DNA from: Oscillospiraceae bacterium
GTDB lineage: Bacteria; Bacillota; Clostridia; Oscillospirales; Oscillospiraceae
Length of the DNA stretch: 64,000 bases
Direction: 5' to 3'
Assembly (NCBI GenBank): GCA_017540565.1
Contig: JAFYAU010000034.1
Coordinates: 40,335-104,334 of the forward strand
Under the pieces are notes generated by a model. It was not told the DNA's origin. It searched no databases and saw only the letters and a list, made by a program, of their open reading frames with translations. This document shows, piece by piece, positions 62,485 to 64,000 of the stretch. Numbering within the stretch: position 1 is the first letter of the stretch; each line of letters starts with the position of its first letter. The translations under genes were made by a program, and so were the position numbers.

Positions 62485-63344
62485 TCCTCCGGCCGTATCG
62501 TCAGGAAGAACTTCACGACCTTCGGATCACTGTGGTCGACGATCTCGCTGTGTCCGAGATCGAGCGCATCGATCTCTTTCATCTCCTCCCCGGTCAGGGA
62601 GAAATCCCAGATGTCGATGTTCTGCTCCATCCTCTCTCTGTGGGTGGATTTCGGGATGATGGACACGCCGCGCTGCACGTTCCATCTCAGCGCAGTCTGG
62701 GCGGCCGTCTTCCCGTATCTTTTTCCGATGGCGGTGAGAACGGGATGGGTGAAAATGCCGTGCCTTCCCTCTGCCAGCGGTCCCCAGGCCTGCGGTACAG
62801 TGCCGTACTGTTTCATGTTCTCAATGGAATCATACCGCGCATAGAACGGGTGCAGTTCGATCTGGTTGACATGGGGCTTGACACGCACAGTCTCCGCAAA
62901 CTCGGTAAATCTTCCGGGCTGGAAGTTCGAGACCGCCAGCGCTCTGATCCGCCCCTCCTCATACAGTTCCTCCATGGCTTTCCAGGCTCCGTAGACGTCG
63001 CCGTAGGGCATGTGGATCATAAACATGTCCAGATAATCCACACCCAGCTTTCTCACGGAGCGTTCAAAAGCTTTCTTCGCTCCGTCATAGGACGCGTCGC
63101 ACGTCCACAGCTTCGTCGTGAGGAACAGATCTCCTCGGGTCACCGTCCCGGCGTCCAGCGCTTCCCGGACGGCCGTGCCTACCGCCTCTTCATTGTTGTA
63201 CAGGGCGGCCGTGTCGATCAGCCTGTAGCCGGCACCGATCGCATCAGTGACCGCCTGCCTGCAGACTTCCGCGTCGGGGATCTGAAAGACGCCGAAGCCC
63301 TCCTGCGGCATTTCCACTCCGTTGCTCAGTCTGATCATATCCAT
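62481..63344 (-). CDS. aldo/keto reductase (2,5-diketo-D-gluconate reductase-like)
   Basis: Blocks GFGVFQ, GYRLIDTAALYNNEE, NQIELHP and IPKS. Confidence 0.9.
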   Translation of the reverse strand: MDMIRLSNGVEMPQEGFGVFQIPDAEVCRQAVTDAIGAGYRLIDTAALYNNEEAVGTAVREALDAGTVTRGDLFLTTKLWTCDASYDGAKKAFERSVRKLGVDYLDMFMIHMPYGDVYGAWKAMEELYEEGRIRALAVSNFQPGRFTEFAETVRVKPHVNQIELHPFYARYDSIENMKQYGTVPQAWGPLAEGRHGIFTHPVLTAIGKRYGKTAAQTALRWNVQRGVSIIPKSTHRERMEQNIDIWDFSLTGEEMKEIDALDLGHSEIVDHSDPKVVKFFLTIRPEE

Positions 63345-63369
63345 CTCCGTATACCTCCTGCAGTATATA

Positions 63370-63789
63370 TCATTCCGTATTTCCGGCTGCTGTCCCGCAG
63401 CCGCTGCACACGCCGGTGTGGACGTTGACGGGGCTTCCGCACGTCCTGCACGACCAGTTCCGGCGCTCCTGTTCCAGGAACGCGTCCATTCCCCTTTCGC
63501 GGATCATCTTCAGATTCTCCAGAGGGGATTCCCGCAGCGGATACCGGGACGTGTAACGGTTCTCCTTCTCCATCACGTCATCGCAGGGATAGTCCGGGCA
63601 CTCGTCGCAGTATATATATCCGTTGTCCTTTCTCTTCTCACAGCGCATGATCCCGCACCAGCTGGAGCAGAATTCCGGCTTTTTCTCCGCAGGCCCGTTG
63701 CATCCCGGGCATGGATCATCTTTCTTCTGCGCCATAGAGCACAGGCTGCAGTCAAGGCCGCAGGGGGCTATCATGTCAGCGGTAAACAT
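63370..63789 (-). CDS. DUF3795-type cysteine-rich protein
   Basis: APCGLDCSLC...CPGC...C..C..YCDECPDYPC pattern. AGGAGG RBS. Confidence 0.75.
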   Translation of the reverse strand: MFTADMIAPCGLDCSLCSMAQKKDDPCPGCNGPAEKKPEFCSSWCGIMRCEKRKDNGYIYCDECPDYPCDDVMEKENRYTSRYPLRESPLENLKMIRERGMDAFLEQERRNWSCRTCGSPVNVHTGVCSGCGTAAGNTE

Positions 63790-63871
63790 TCCCGTATCCT
63801 CCTATGTTTTCATGCGGGGACGCTCCTCTCCGCGCCTGAGCGCGTTTTTCGTAGAAAGGCCTCTTCCCTGT

Positions 63872-64000
63872 TCACCCGACGATCTTTCTCGCAAACTCAG
63901 CTGCCGCTTTCAGATCGGATGCGTCCGGCCTGCCTTTGTGGAGGCCCTTGAACTCGCCCCTGCAGTGGAATTCGCGTTCATCCATCGGCACGCCGGCTCT
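63872..64000 (-). CDS. 3' end of an unidentified gene (42 codons), possibly flavodoxin-like
   Basis: Hand translation of the minus strand gives ..MDEREFHCRGEFKGLHKGRPDASDLKAAAEFARKIVG, with the stop at 63874-63872. The fragment is too short for a firm call. Confidence 0.3.
   Translation of the reverse strand, partial: RAGVPMDEREFHCRGEFKGLHKGRPDASDLKAAAEFARKIVG

Noticed and set aside
1-64000. Mobile elements, prophage, defence systems, rRNA
   Set aside because: I saw no integrase, transposase, recombinase or phage structural motifs, no terminal inverted repeats, no restriction-modification, toxin-antitoxin or cas-like proteins, and no rRNA-like sequence in any frame or strand.

Overview
The window looks like a high-GC Firmicutes (Clostridia) chromosome segment; Oscillospiraceae-like is only a guess from composition and gene content. 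All protein calls come from motifs I recognised by eye, with no database search. About 55 CDS and one tRNA-Arg(CCG) are supportable.

Layout:
- 1-3.3 kb: 3' end of a glycyl radical enzyme (GRE), its radical-SAM activase, and L-serine dehydratase.
- 3.5-8.4 kb: a minus-strand corrinoid-activation/methyltransferase-type operon. It ends in a split COG0523 GTPase and a Cys/His-rich protein.
- 8.4-24.7 kb: housekeeping genes (miaB, an alanine-racemase-like protein, mutL, miaA, sepF, divIVA, ileS, lspA, rluD, an E2-like protein, an acyl-CoA ligase).
- 24.8-28.7 kb: an HMA-ZIP metal pair, a hypothetical protein, a homocysteine methyltransferase and a cytidylate-kinase-like protein.
- 28.9-39.5 kb: acylating aldehyde dehydrogenase, ptb, buk, a second complete GRE, two tandem enoate-reductase-type flavoenzymes and RidA.
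- 39.6-50.4 kb: a lower-GC ten-gene minus-strand operon with an FAD oxidoreductase, a UroD-like protein, a sugar-type ABC importer, aconitase-X DUF521 plus two DUF126 copies, and LysR.
- 50.7-53.5 kb: the origin-proximal jag-yidC-yidD-rnpA-rpmH block, without dnaA.
- 53.7-64 kb: aldo/keto reductases, a Zn-ADH, a CDF exporter with a structured leader, tandem paralogous lipoproteins, LtrA, NAT, a hydrolase and DUF3795.

Best candidates for undescribed biology:
- the AcnX/ABC/UroD/FAD operon;
- the orphan GRE with a GCVD Cys-loop;
- the split COG0523 with its CGC-His repeat partner, in an operon with no corrinoid protein.

No CRISPR array, rRNA or recognisable mobile element was seen. Many long antisense ORFs are high-GC artefacts.
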